A stretch of DNA of 64,000 nucleotides, taken from positions 3,248 through 67,247 of the IMG/VR virus record IMGVR_UViG_3300035698_016083, one strand, 5' to 3'. Within the stretch, counting starts at the first letter, position 1; each line of letters starts with the position of its first letter. The notes under the pieces are model-generated. The model was given only the letters and a program-made list of their open reading frames with translations. It ran no database searches and was not told where the DNA came from. Source of the stretch: a virus. The position numbers were made by a program, and so were the translations under genes. Positions 18,121 through 27,780 of the stretch are shown piece after piece.

Positions 18121-19965
18121 TTATTCATCGGAAACCATCACTGCAGTACCGCTTAATCCCGTTGTTGTTGAAACGTCACCGTTAACTGTACCCTGTTTAA
18201 AATAAGGTGCCGACGTGCTTTTTCTACCATATCCGGTAAGAGGTTGTAGCGTTGTGTATACTCTAGATGTACTTATAATTCCATTTGCAGCGGTTAATCC
18301 ATAGAGTGCAACAAATGTTGCTATTATAGTTCCCGTTGCAGATGCTGCCGCCCCGACGTCAATTACATATGAATAACTATTTGCATCAATAAACGTGATT
18401 TGAGCTACTAAATTATACTCAACCTCGTTCGCGCCGCGTATGAGAATATAGTCATTTGTTGCCATTCCGTGCGCGTTGTGCACGACTGTAGCAGTTGTAC
18501 CGGATTTTGAAATCGTTACAGAATCTGCAAAAGGGAACGCTCCTGTTCCGTCGGATGCTTTCAATAATACTCTGGCGTTTTCAATCGGATCACCATCCCC
18601 ATCAACGGCTGTAACCTGAACTGTGACCGCCCCGGAGATGATGTTAACATCTGCGCCATCAGTCTTATAACTTACGGTTCCAGATCCACCGTCAATTGTT
18701 ATGTTAACGGTTCCTGTAGTTCGTTTAATATGAAGAACACTCGAAGTCTCGCCGTTTCCTGCATGATAACCGCTGAAATCTATACCAGTGAGAGTCATTG
18801 TAAGGGGCGAAGTTAATCCGAACTCTATCGCATGAGTTAACGCAGAACCCATGGTGAATGACATATCATCCATTTCGCCATTTGGATCCGCGGCAACATC
18901 ATAAACGAGAGCACTTGTATCCGCAGTACCTTCATAGCCAGAAACTGCTGTACCGTTCATTATTCCCCCACCGTGTGCGATTTGTCCACAGCGAATAAAT
19001 TGGCTGTCTGTGACGTCACTGTTGGCGAGATATGTATGAGTTCCCATATCGTTGAAGGTACAACCAATGAAATTTACATCAGCGTTGTCTATGACCTCAA
19101 GGGAACCAGCGCTTACGGTACCGAGAGATGAAATAGTCACACCCGTCCAGTCAACACGTGACGACGCGTTATTTATTTCTATCGAATTAAATCCTGGTGT
19201 AACGTGTTTCGTGTTGTCGATACTTATCGAGGAGTTGGTATCTCGGAAATCGACAGCAGTCGCATTCCCGAGGGACATAAGACCCTTCCACAAATAGTTA
19301 CCTGCAGATTGTTCTTGAAATAGTCCCCAACGATTATATCCATTTGTACCATCGTTGTAATCATTTTCTTGTGCCATGTCGGCAAAGTTACCATACGCCG
19401 CGGCTTGTCCATCGATCGCTATTATTTCACAGCGACCATATCTTACAGCATCAACTTTGAATGGTGCACCTTTTGATGGAACCGAGCCTGGAGCACCATA
19501 ACCCCATCCGTGATATTGTTTAGTCGTGGAAGGTGAACCGACTGTATCGCTGGCAGTAATACTCGCGTCGGCTGGATCGCCTGTAGCGAGATTTCGCCAA
19601 CCACCATAAACATACGAATCATTTCCGAGTTGGTAGAAAATGTCAAAGGCATTCGACGCGCTGCCCATGAATGTAACCATTCCGCCCGCGGCTTCAGTAT
19701 CTAGCAATGGTGCAGCGTCCCATTTAGCCCAAATCAAAACGGCATCGTCTTGACCTAGCGTAATTCCGGAACCGTTGTTATAAAGAAGACCACCAAGACC
19801 GGATTTTACAATACCTGAGTTACATGAGGAATTTTGAATGAAATCGTCAGTATCATTACTTGGCGAGCGCAAAGCTGTCCACGTTGACGACGGTTCAGCC
19901 CAACCGGTGAAGCTGTCAGCCTCGTCCATCGTAGTTAAATCGGTGGAATATGTTGCGATTGCCAT
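18121..19965 (-). CDS. Putative virion adhesin/structural protein (beta-helix plus C-terminal Ig-like domain)
   Basis: 614 aa, G/T/S/D-rich; TVQVTAVDGDGDPIENARV is a carboxypeptidase-regulatory-like motif. Confidence 0.6.
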   Translation of the reverse strand: MAIATYSTDLTTMDEADSFTGWAEPSSTWTALRSPSNDTDDFIQNSSCNSGIVKSGLGGLLYNNGSGITLGQDDAVLIWAKWDAAPLLDTEAAGGMVTFMGSASNAFDIFYQLGNDSYVYGGWRNLATGDPADASITASDTVGSPSTTKQYHGWGYGAPGSVPSKGAPFKVDAVRYGRCEIIAIDGQAAAYGNFADMAQENDYNDGTNGYNRWGLFQEQSAGNYLWKGLMSLGNATAVDFRDTNSSISIDNTKHVTPGFNSIEINNASSRVDWTGVTISSLGTVSAGSLEVIDNADVNFIGCTFNDMGTHTYLANSDVTDSQFIRCGQIAHGGGIMNGTAVSGYEGTADTSALVYDVAADPNGEMDDMSFTMGSALTHAIEFGLTSPLTMTLTGIDFSGYHAGNGETSSVLHIKRTTGTVNITIDGGSGTVSYKTDGADVNIISGAVTVQVTAVDGDGDPIENARVLLKASDGTGAFPFADSVTISKSGTTATVVHNAHGMATNDYILIRGANEVEYNLVAQITFIDANSYSYVIDVGAAASATGTIIATFVALYGLTAANGIISTSRVYTTLQPLTGYGRKSTSAPYFKQGTVNGDVSTTTGLSGTAVMVSDE

Positions 19966-20384
19966 TAGATATCAAATCCCATAGTTATTAGTGAGCTTTT
20001 CAAAGCTTTTCTGACATTAATAACCGATGCATCGGGTGCTAACAAAGCAAATCCCTTTTGTGAAATAACCGAGATACCATGATCTAAATATTCTTTGAAT
20101 ATTATTTCGGGTTTTTCAGTTATTAATGTGTCATCGATAATCGTTACAAATACCACACTTTCGTCCGGTAATCTTTCGACCATGAAACCCACTTTGTCGG
20201 GTCTCATTTCTTCAGAGAAATCACCAAGTGACCATGCACACTGAAAATCTGCGCATACTTTCGGTCTTTTGTTGTAGATGCTGCACCCACCTTTACAGTG
20301 GATGCAGGTTTTCATTAATGGTTTATCCAATTCCGGAACTTCAGTAATAGTGCAACATAATGTACAAGTTCCGCATGGACGCAT
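19965..20384 (-). CDS. CxxCxxCC Zn/Fe-S cluster protein (YkgJ/UPF0153-like)
   Basis: Real start probably ATG 20384: MRPCGTCTLCC...CIHCKGGCSIYNKRPKVCADFQC. Confidence 0.75.
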   Translation of the reverse strand: MRPCGTCTLCCTITEVPELDKPLMKTCIHCKGGCSIYNKRPKVCADFQCAWSLGDFSEEMRPDKVGFMVERLPDESVVFVTIIDDTLITEKPEIIFKEYLDHGISVISQKGFALLAPDASVINVRKALKSSLITMGFDI

Positions 20385-20385
20385 A

Positions 20386-22574
20386 TTAGGTATCGACGGT
20401 ACGAATAACTGAAGTTGATCCGCCGTTTGTACCCATTGTACCGGTCGCGATGTATTCCTTAATAGGAGAACCAGCGCCGTCACGAGCTTTGATAACGAAC
20501 TTACGATCGGCATCATAAACGAATGTGAATTCTTCAGGATCAACTGTGGTTAATTTATCCACGTAGGATACAAACGCTCTATTACCACCTGTAGCATTTA
20601 CTGATGCAAAATCTTCTTGACCATCAGTTGTATCAACAGTAAAGATTGCGCCTGTGAAAGATGTATAGTGTAGCTTTCTCCAGAATCCATCGTTATCTTC
20701 TAGACGAATGAATCCAACTTCGGGAGTATCCGATGGGATAGAAGCAGACATTTCAAAGGCAGTTAAGTTATCAGCGTTGAGAAGAGCGTTTGTTGTCATC
20801 TGGTTGTAATCAATTTCAGGATTACCAGAAGCGTCTGTTGCTGCGCCATCCCATGGGCCGATTAAGATATAATCTTCACCGACTTCAGGGTTGTTAACCG
20901 TAAACGTCACGTTGTTTGGAGGGGTAATACCAGTGTTGGTAAGATCGAATACAAGGTCTGTCGCTGCAAGATCTGCGGTTTCTAGGGATTGACCGTAAGA
21001 ACCAATTAGAGCAGAACCGGTTGATGTACCAATAAACGGTGTGTTAAGAAGAGGCGAACGATCGGTAACTGTTACATTTACCGCAACTGTCGCTGCAGAA
21101 ATACCGCCGGTAATTACACCGCCGTCACCTGGTAGACCACCTGTTAGAAGTTGTAGCCAAATAAGCGTACCTGCTGTAGGACTGTTAATCGCGAGCATTT
21201 GACCTGTACCAACCGCACCACCAGAACCAGCTGTCCAAGCAACATCTTCTGCAGGAGCAAATGTTCCTGTAGGTGAGTCGACAGTAATCTGTGTTGTGAT
21301 ACCTCTGAATAGTTCAGGATCGATTCCGTAGATGAAGTCTGTAGCACCCTCACGCGTTAGATATTTTGTGAATTCGACAAACTGATTAATAGTCTTTGCA
21401 CCGCGATCCCACTCGGAGTAATAATCCTCTACAGTTGTATCGTTGTTAACATCGATTTGTCTGAAACCATATGCAAGATCGTAAACTGTTTCACCACCAG
21501 CGGTAGCTACTATCAGATTTTGATTCAGTGTTAATGCGTTAGTTGAGATCGAGATAATTTGATATTCAGCAACGTCTGTTGCAACACCTGTCTGAATGAA
21601 ATCGCCTTCAGCAAACTGCGTACCATCGGCAACATTTAATACTGCCTGACCGGTTGAGTTAACACCGGATACTGTTGTTGTGGAATCGGTTCTTGCCATG
21701 TATACGTCAGCCCAACCAGCCACCGTAGCAGGTGCTGTTGTGTTGTTCAAGTCGTTAGCATCAGCCAAAGCGAGAACGTTGTTACCACGAGCTGTTGCGT
21801 TAATTGGGAATTCGCCATATGTTTTATTGAACGTACGATTTGTTCCAAGCAACTTACGAGTATCAATATCTACACCACCAGTCTTAACTTTAAGTAAGAA
21901 ACGGTGCGAGATACCCTGAACTGAGTCTGAGTTTAGACCCTGTGAGATAAGATAATTATCGCCTGATGTCCACGTGTTTGCAGTACCACCAAACAATACA
22001 CCGGTAATAACCGTGCCTGTATTTTCAGTAATAAGTGCTTGAGAACCATCAGTTGTGTTTTTAATTACATAACCAACCCATTCATCAGTTGTCCAAGCTT
22101 CGCCTGAATCTGTCATTGTTGCTGCACCAGATGATGTATCATCCGCGCCACCAACACCAAAGTTCCAGAAGTCGTCTGCAAGTACACCACCGTTTTGGTG
22201 AATCTGAATAACAACGCCGATGTTACCAAAGTTTGTTAGTCCGTCAAAAATTACTTCTGAACCACCTGTTCCCTGAACAATTGATCCATCATAAAGGTGT
22301 TCTGCTGCTGCATCTGTTATTGTGTAACCACCTAATAGGGTTACGAAGTTGTCGGTCGCACGAGATGATGGTAAGATGTCTGTAAGATGTCTGTAATATC
22401 TAGTTCATCATTATCCCCGGGAATAGCATTTGGATCATCTGCTAGACCTTGGAGCCATCTGTGAAATTGAATTACTGTTGCGTATGACGCTGCGGTCACA
22501 CCATGATCTGCGCCGGTATAGTCAATCACTAATGTTCCGCGATCAATTGTCCAGTCTGTTGCTACTATTGCCAT
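20386..22574 (-). pseudogene. ~725-aa virion structural gene split by an 11-bp duplication (ORFs 22341..22574 and 20386..22116)
   Basis: Removing one GTAAGATGTCT copy gives a continuous frame: ...ELDITDILPSSRATDNFVTLLGGYTITDAAAEHLYDGSIVQG...GAATMTDSGEAW; (2189-11)/3 = 726 codons. Confidence 0.85.
22371..22392. repeat. Perfect 11-bp tandem duplication (GTAAGATGTCT x2)
   Basis: gtaagatgtct-gtaagatgtct followed by a degenerate gtaatatct. Confidence 0.95.
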
Positions 22575-22628
22575 TCTATTGATAGCTCCTTGTTTTTGTT
22601 TTTATTTTTATAACAATATTCTTATCAT

Positions 22629-22636
22629 TATTTATA
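22629..22636 (-). promoter_or_regulatory. Late promoter TATAAATA for the 22574-16727 accessory operon
   Basis: Exact consensus upstream of an AGGAG RBS. Confidence 0.75.
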
Positions 22637-22637
22637 C

Positions 22638-23705
22638 TTATGAGTACGTGAAACTTAACCTATTATCCCATATTTTTATGAAATTATCAGTACCATCAGC
22701 CCATAATATAGTTAGATCTTTAGTTGTAGGATCCTCATATACTCTTTTTATTCTCCATAATGCAGACGATGTTGCAGTTCCTGGAACCGCCTCACCAATG
22801 TATGTGTTATCACCAGCGATATCAATTTGTTTAGAGTATTGCATTTCCATTTGTACCTGTAGTGATAATAAAACCTCAGTCAAATCTGTGACCACGAATT
22901 TTTTAGTTGTGCTGTTGAATATTAAAATGGAATCATGACCTACATCAGAAATCATCTTCATTTCAACATCAGCATTATCTAATATTTTATATGAACCACC
23001 GCCACCTAATGATGCAAGTGATCTATTAACTGCCGCGCGAAAATCACTGTTTTGTTTTTCGACTGCTTCTATATGGGGAGCCATATCTGGCTCTTTAGCA
23101 TCTTGTCCTGCTGGACCTATTTCACCTTTGGATCCGCGCTTCCCTTGGATTCCCACATCTCCTCTGAGACCTCTGGGACCGGATGGACCCATTCCACCTT
23201 GCTCACCTCGGACACCGGTTTTGCCAGACTTTCCATCTGCGCCATCACCGCCTTGACTTCCGGTAATACCCACCAATCCGCGTTCTCCGCGGGATCCGGT
23301 CTTACCATTTTCACCTTGCGAACCGTTGGGTCCAGTATCTCCGCTTTTTCCCCGAGATCCTGTTTTACCTGTGGCACCATTAGGGCCCATTGGTCCAACC
23401 AATCCTTGACTGCCTTTTGAACCATCTTTTCCATTGACTCCATCCAGTCCTGTTGGACCTTGAGAACCATCTTTTCCATCTGGTCCGGGAATTCCTGCAT
23501 CGCCTTTTGGTCCATTCCGACCATTTTTTCCCACATCGCCACTATTGCCAATTTTTCCCTCAAGCCCGATAGGACCTCGTCGTCCGATTTCGCCTTTATC
23601 ACCTTTATCACCCTTTTTTCCTCGTGGTCCTGGAATAGCTCTAATTGATTTTTTCGCTTTTTCCATAACCGCTAACATCAAAGCAATTTGTGTTTGCTGT
23701 TTCAT
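22638..23705 (-). CDS. Collagen-like fibre protein
   Basis: 59 uninterrupted Gly-X-Y triplets (aa ~26-202); C-terminal YIGEAVPG...WRIKR...WDNR small domain. Confidence 0.9.
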   Translation of the reverse strand: MKQQTQIALMLAVMEKAKKSIRAIPGPRGKKGDKGDKGEIGRRGPIGLEGKIGNSGDVGKNGRNGPKGDAGIPGPDGKDGSQGPTGLDGVNGKDGSKGSQGLVGPMGPNGATGKTGSRGKSGDTGPNGSQGENGKTGSRGERGLVGITGSQGGDGADGKSGKTGVRGEQGGMGPSGPRGLRGDVGIQGKRGSKGEIGPAGQDAKEPDMAPHIEAVEKQNSDFRAAVNRSLASLGGGGSYKILDNADVEMKMISDVGHDSILIFNSTTKKFVVTDLTEVLLSLQVQMEMQYSKQIDIAGDNTYIGEAVPGTATSSALWRIKRVYEDPTTKDLTILWADGTDNFIKIWDNRLSFTYS

Positions 23706-23707
23706 AA

Positions 23708-25360
23708 TTAATCCTTATCTAAGTATTCTATAACCTTTTCCACTAAAAGAGCTTCCTGATCTGGTGTAACTTCTACATCCTCATTTGGATCTTCTTTTGG
23801 TGCTTTTTTAACACTCAGATGGAATTTATCTTCATCCTCATCACCAATTGCACCACCATTTGCTTCAGCGGCAGCAGCTTCTTTTTCAGCTTTTTCTTTA
23901 GCCTCTTTATCCATCTCTGCTCTCATGACTTTAATTTCTTCTTCATTAAGACGAAGAACATTTTTCATGATCCAATTTTCGGAAACAAATTGACCTGCAT
24001 AATTTGCAGCGTTATCAAGAATAGCAAGACGCTCTTGAAGAAGCTGGTTCTCTTTTAATTCTGAGAAGTTGTTATCTTTAATATAATCAACTACTAGATT
24101 ATTTTTCCAACCTTCCCAATCAGCCTCTGTAATAACATTCTTAAGCATAAGCTGCTTTTTAAGCAACTCTAAGAATAATTTCGAAAACTTCTTACGAATT
24201 CTGTCAATGAATTTTTGGAATTTTACTTCATCGCGATCGATTTCATTATCTCGACCCATGGAGAATTTTTGCTCTTGCTCTAATCTTCCCATTGGAACAT
24301 TAAGAGAACGATAAAGTCTTTTCTGAAAGTAAATTACGTCTTCAATATCACCAAGATTTTGTCCACCCGGTAGTGTCGAAATTTCAGTACCCTTACCACC
24401 TTCACGTCTCGGAAGCCAGAAATCCTCGAGCATAGTCATATGCTTGCGTTCATCTTTAATAGCACCAGTTGAACTATCATAAACAAGTTTGTTACGATAC
24501 TTTGACATGATACTCTTCATGTATTCGTCGGACTTACCTTTTGGAAGGTTACCGGTATCTACATAAAATATTCTTCTTTCGGGAGCGCGAGAGAGACGAT
24601 AGATGACAAGTGAGTCTTCCATCATTCTTAACTGATTTACCGGTTTTAATGCTTTATGAAGATATGAAATTACTTTTTTTCTAGTGTCATCTAATAAACC
24701 GGAAGTAACATAACTGACTGAATCCTCAGTCATTTTTATACCACCAATAGTCATACCAGGCTTTTCCTGATAGATGAAATATTCATTGGTACCTGTAACA
24801 ATTTTTGCTTTTGTTACTTTATCTTCTTTATATTTAACCTCTTTGATTTTACGAATTTTCGCTCCATCAATAAATCTAATCTCTTTAATACCACCTTTTT
24901 TATTATTCTCATCAATCAAAATGTGGTGTGCCAGACGTCCGTCTACATACCATCTACGGAACATATCTGGTCCATCATCATTGAAATCCAACATGGAAAC
25001 AATGTTATCAAACTCTTCAGTCATTTTCTTCTTGATTGAATCGGGTATTTTTGTTGCTGCGTCCATGTTAAGACTCACAGAGGATTCAAGCTCTGATGTT
25101 GAAATTGCTTCATTAACAATTTCATCAATAGCTGTATCAACTTCTGGGAACATGGAAATTCCGCGATATTTCATGATAAGAGCATAATTATCTTTAGCCT
25201 TATCACCATCAATATCTACATAATGACCAAGATGCCCAGCTGTGGTTTGCATAACATAACCGGAACCGTCTTCGTCTTTTGGAGGCACTACAGATATTCT
25301 GGTTTTTTCACCAGGTCTCTTTAGCTCCCATCCTAATATCTTAAATGTTCTATCTGCCAT
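23708..25360 (-). CDS. gp20: Portal vertex protein gp20
   Basis: PEVDTAIDEIVNEA, FRRWYVDGR, SYLHKALKPVNQLRMMEDSLVIYR and EDFWLPRREGGKGTEISTLPGG. Confidence 0.98.
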   Translation of the reverse strand: MADRTFKILGWELKRPGEKTRISVVPPKDEDGSGYVMQTTAGHLGHYVDIDGDKAKDNYALIMKYRGISMFPEVDTAIDEIVNEAISTSELESSVSLNMDAATKIPDSIKKKMTEEFDNIVSMLDFNDDGPDMFRRWYVDGRLAHHILIDENNKKGGIKEIRFIDGAKIRKIKEVKYKEDKVTKAKIVTGTNEYFIYQEKPGMTIGGIKMTEDSVSYVTSGLLDDTRKKVISYLHKALKPVNQLRMMEDSLVIYRLSRAPERRIFYVDTGNLPKGKSDEYMKSIMSKYRNKLVYDSSTGAIKDERKHMTMLEDFWLPRREGGKGTEISTLPGGQNLGDIEDVIYFQKRLYRSLNVPMGRLEQEQKFSMGRDNEIDRDEVKFQKFIDRIRKKFSKLFLELLKKQLMLKNVITEADWEGWKNNLVVDYIKDNNFSELKENQLLQERLAILDNAANYAGQFVSENWIMKNVLRLNEEEIKVMRAEMDKEAKEKAEKEAAAAEANGGAIGDEDEDKFHLSVKKAPKEDPNEDVEVTPDQEALLVEKVIEYLDKD

Positions 25361-25380
25361 AACGATCCTTAATATTGATG

Positions 25381-25404
25381 AAAGGACGGGTGTTTTCCCG
25401 TCCT
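25381..25404 (-). terminator. Hairpin terminator after gp19
   Basis: AGGACGGG-aaaaca-CCCGTCCT-ttc; a TATAAGTA late-promoter variant lies at 25410-25417. Confidence 0.6.
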
Positions 25405-25419
25405 CTCTTTACTTATAAC

Positions 25420-25953
25420 TTATGAAGTGGTGCTTGATTCCCAGTACTGGTACTGGAATGTAACAGTATACTCTTCAATTGTGTCTGTGGCATCGAAACT
25501 TACTGCGATTTCTGATAGATCTGTTGGAAATGCGTCAGTCATTTGATATGACTTAAGTATTGTCCCATCGCGATCTAACTGATCAACAACTAGATTCGCC
25601 ATATATGAAGACGGATCAGTTCTACCAACATTAAGTCTGTGATGGTTGATTTCGTTCATCCATCTTTCTAGACTATCACGAATAGTGAAACCTGTGTCGT
25701 TCATTATAGTAACTACCCAAGGATCGAAAACTCGATCCCCGGCAATTTTAAGCTGTCGTCCACGGAATGGGATTGGAATTATACCCATTGTTGATTGTGG
25801 GAGTGATGCAGTTTTAATAAGAAACTTTGAAGCTTCGTTTACCCCATCAGCATCAATACCGTTTGGTATTGTTAGTCCAACGCTGAATAGATTGGGACGT
25901 GCGCCACCACCTTTTAGTTGACCTTTTAGATCGTCAATTCCTAAAATGCTCAT
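25420..25953 (-). CDS. gp19: Tail tube protein gp19
   Basis: GGGARPNLF, PFRGRQLKIAGDR, FPTDLSEI and IEEYTVTFQYQYWE. Confidence 0.97.
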   Translation of the reverse strand: MSILGIDDLKGQLKGGGARPNLFSVGLTIPNGIDADGVNEASKFLIKTASLPQSTMGIIPIPFRGRQLKIAGDRVFDPWVVTIMNDTGFTIRDSLERWMNEINHHRLNVGRTDPSSYMANLVVDQLDRDGTILKSYQMTDAFPTDLSEIAVSFDATDTIEEYTVTFQYQYWESSTTS

Positions 25954-25966
25954 CTTTTATTCTCCC

Positions 25967-27703
25967 TTATACCGCGCCAACAACTTCTTCGAAACTTACG
26001 CCTGTTCGCGTAGCGACAAAGTTCAATGTAACATTGTTAATTGACTGAGCCGGGTCTACGAAGATCGAAGCCACGAATTCGTTATTATCTATAACGGTTG
26101 GTGTGTTGTTAGTTGTATCACAAATTACTGAGTATTCTGTAACACCTCTACGTGATTTGATATCTCTTAGATATGGTTCTACCTTACCTAGGAAATCCGC
26201 TCTTGTAAATTCATCGTTGAATTCGAAGATTACATCGCGCGCTGCCTTTGCAATAGCTCTTTCCATTGATAGGAATAGACGGCGTACGTTGATTCTATCG
26301 AACGCTGATGGACGTCCAAGTTTTGTTTTATCCCCATAAAGAATAATACCTTCTCCTGGGAAATTAGTGATTGCATTAATACTAGATCTGTAAAGTGAAT
26401 CACGATCTGTTTTTAGAGGTGAATAGGCAACATCCTGAACACCCACATACTGACCTCTACGAGAACCAGCTGGTGAATACCAAGGTGCGGACACCTTATC
26501 TGAAGCAGCCATAATTCCTGCAGTTGAGGAAGCAGCTGGGATCCAAATCATTTTATCGTTATATTTATCATACACTTTCAAGTAGTTATTATCTAAGAAT
26601 ACGTAAGATGATGCATTTAAACCATCCGCAAAAGTCTTAGAAGAAGCTACTCTTGTTGAACTACCTATAATTGCTTCGCGCGGTGGGGAAGCTATAACTA
26701 TGCAATCTTTTCTCTGTGTTCCTGCAATTGCTGCTAGATCCGCTACCACTGTAATCTGATCCGCATTTGAAGTCATACCCGGGGCGATTAGGAAATCAAC
26801 GGTTGTTGTTTCTTTATCCTCAAAGTGATCAAAAGCAGCTGCAAGTTCTGAAGTTCCTAATGAACCAGAATTTACTCCACCGGAGAAGGTGAAAGATGTA
26901 GCTACTAGAGTTGAATCACCGTTGTAATTCTTAGGTGTTCCAGGGGTTAGTGCAGTACCAGCTGCGCCAGTATTTGTGAAATCAGAATCAAATCCTACCA
27001 TTTTAACATATTCTGATTTATTATTTATTACATCAATCGCATAATTACTAGTTCCGTTACTATTTTTAGCATCGGTTGCAAGTGAGACAAAAGGATATTT
27101 TTCAAGAATAGTACCAACAGAACCTGTGATTTCTCCGGTTTTATCTATAACTACAACATGGGCTTCATCGTAAGTACCATTTCTATCTTCTGCATAAACT
27201 GATGTATATGGTCCTTCGTTAAATTCATCCTTATATGTCCATCCGTTCCATGTTCCGTGATCTGAGTCTGCTGGACAGATTTGAACCTCAATGCTATTAC
27301 CAAGTGACCCTGGGAATTTAGCAATGTATGTGTGATCGCTATCACCCAGAGCTGAAGTTTGATTATCAAAATCTTCTTCGTTTTTTACTATGGGTGCGTC
27401 AGCTGATGCATTTGCTCTAGAGTTTCTTGCAGCAGAGGTGACTTCTCTTACAACCATAAGGTTGTCTGAGTATCTTAGAAAGTATACTGATTGGTGAAAA
27501 TCTACTGAATTGTTGTTGTCTGGTGTTCCGAATGTAGAAACCAATCCTGCTTCATTAGCAGTGAGAATTGGTTCATCGACCGGACCCCAATTAAAGTTGC
27601 CTGCAATTACGCCAGTAGAAGATGCTATGTTAGCAATGCGACCTGAAAGATCGATTTCTCTGTAGTTTACGGCAGGAGACGCTGAGGGAATGCCTAGAGT
27701 CAT
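25967..27703 (-). CDS. gp18: Tail sheath protein gp18
   Basis: SPAVNYREIDL, FNWGP, PWYSPAG, GDKT and SAFDRINVRRLF. Confidence 0.97.
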   Translation of the reverse strand: MTLGIPSASPAVNYREIDLSGRIANIASSTGVIAGNFNWGPVDEPILTANEAGLVSTFGTPDNNNSVDFHQSVYFLRYSDNLMVVREVTSAARNSRANASADAPIVKNEEDFDNQTSALGDSDHTYIAKFPGSLGNSIEVQICPADSDHGTWNGWTYKDEFNEGPYTSVYAEDRNGTYDEAHVVVIDKTGEITGSVGTILEKYPFVSLATDAKNSNGTSNYAIDVINNKSEYVKMVGFDSDFTNTGAAGTALTPGTPKNYNGDSTLVATSFTFSGGVNSGSLGTSELAAAFDHFEDKETTTVDFLIAPGMTSNADQITVVADLAAIAGTQRKDCIVIASPPREAIIGSSTRVASSKTFADGLNASSYVFLDNNYLKVYDKYNDKMIWIPAASSTAGIMAASDKVSAPWYSPAGSRRGQYVGVQDVAYSPLKTDRDSLYRSSINAITNFPGEGIILYGDKTKLGRPSAFDRINVRRLFLSMERAIAKAARDVIFEFNDEFTRADFLGKVEPYLRDIKSRRGVTEYSVICDTTNNTPTVIDNNEFVASIFVDPAQSINNVTLNFVATRTGVSFEEVVGAV

Positions 27704-27780
27704 TTTATTCTCCTTGTGAAATTATACGGCTTATCATAATACGTTTATATCAATCACATCTATTTATGAATATTTTCGAT

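Noticed and set aside
20385-20543. N-terminal 53 aa of the tracked 192-aa ORF
   Set aside because: Overlaps the upstream gene; ATG 20384, right after that gene's stop, gives a clean MRPCGTC start.
23117-23611. 164-aa alternative-frame ORF with periodic M/E/K/W
   Set aside because: Frame-shifted reading of the collagen GGN codon periodicity.
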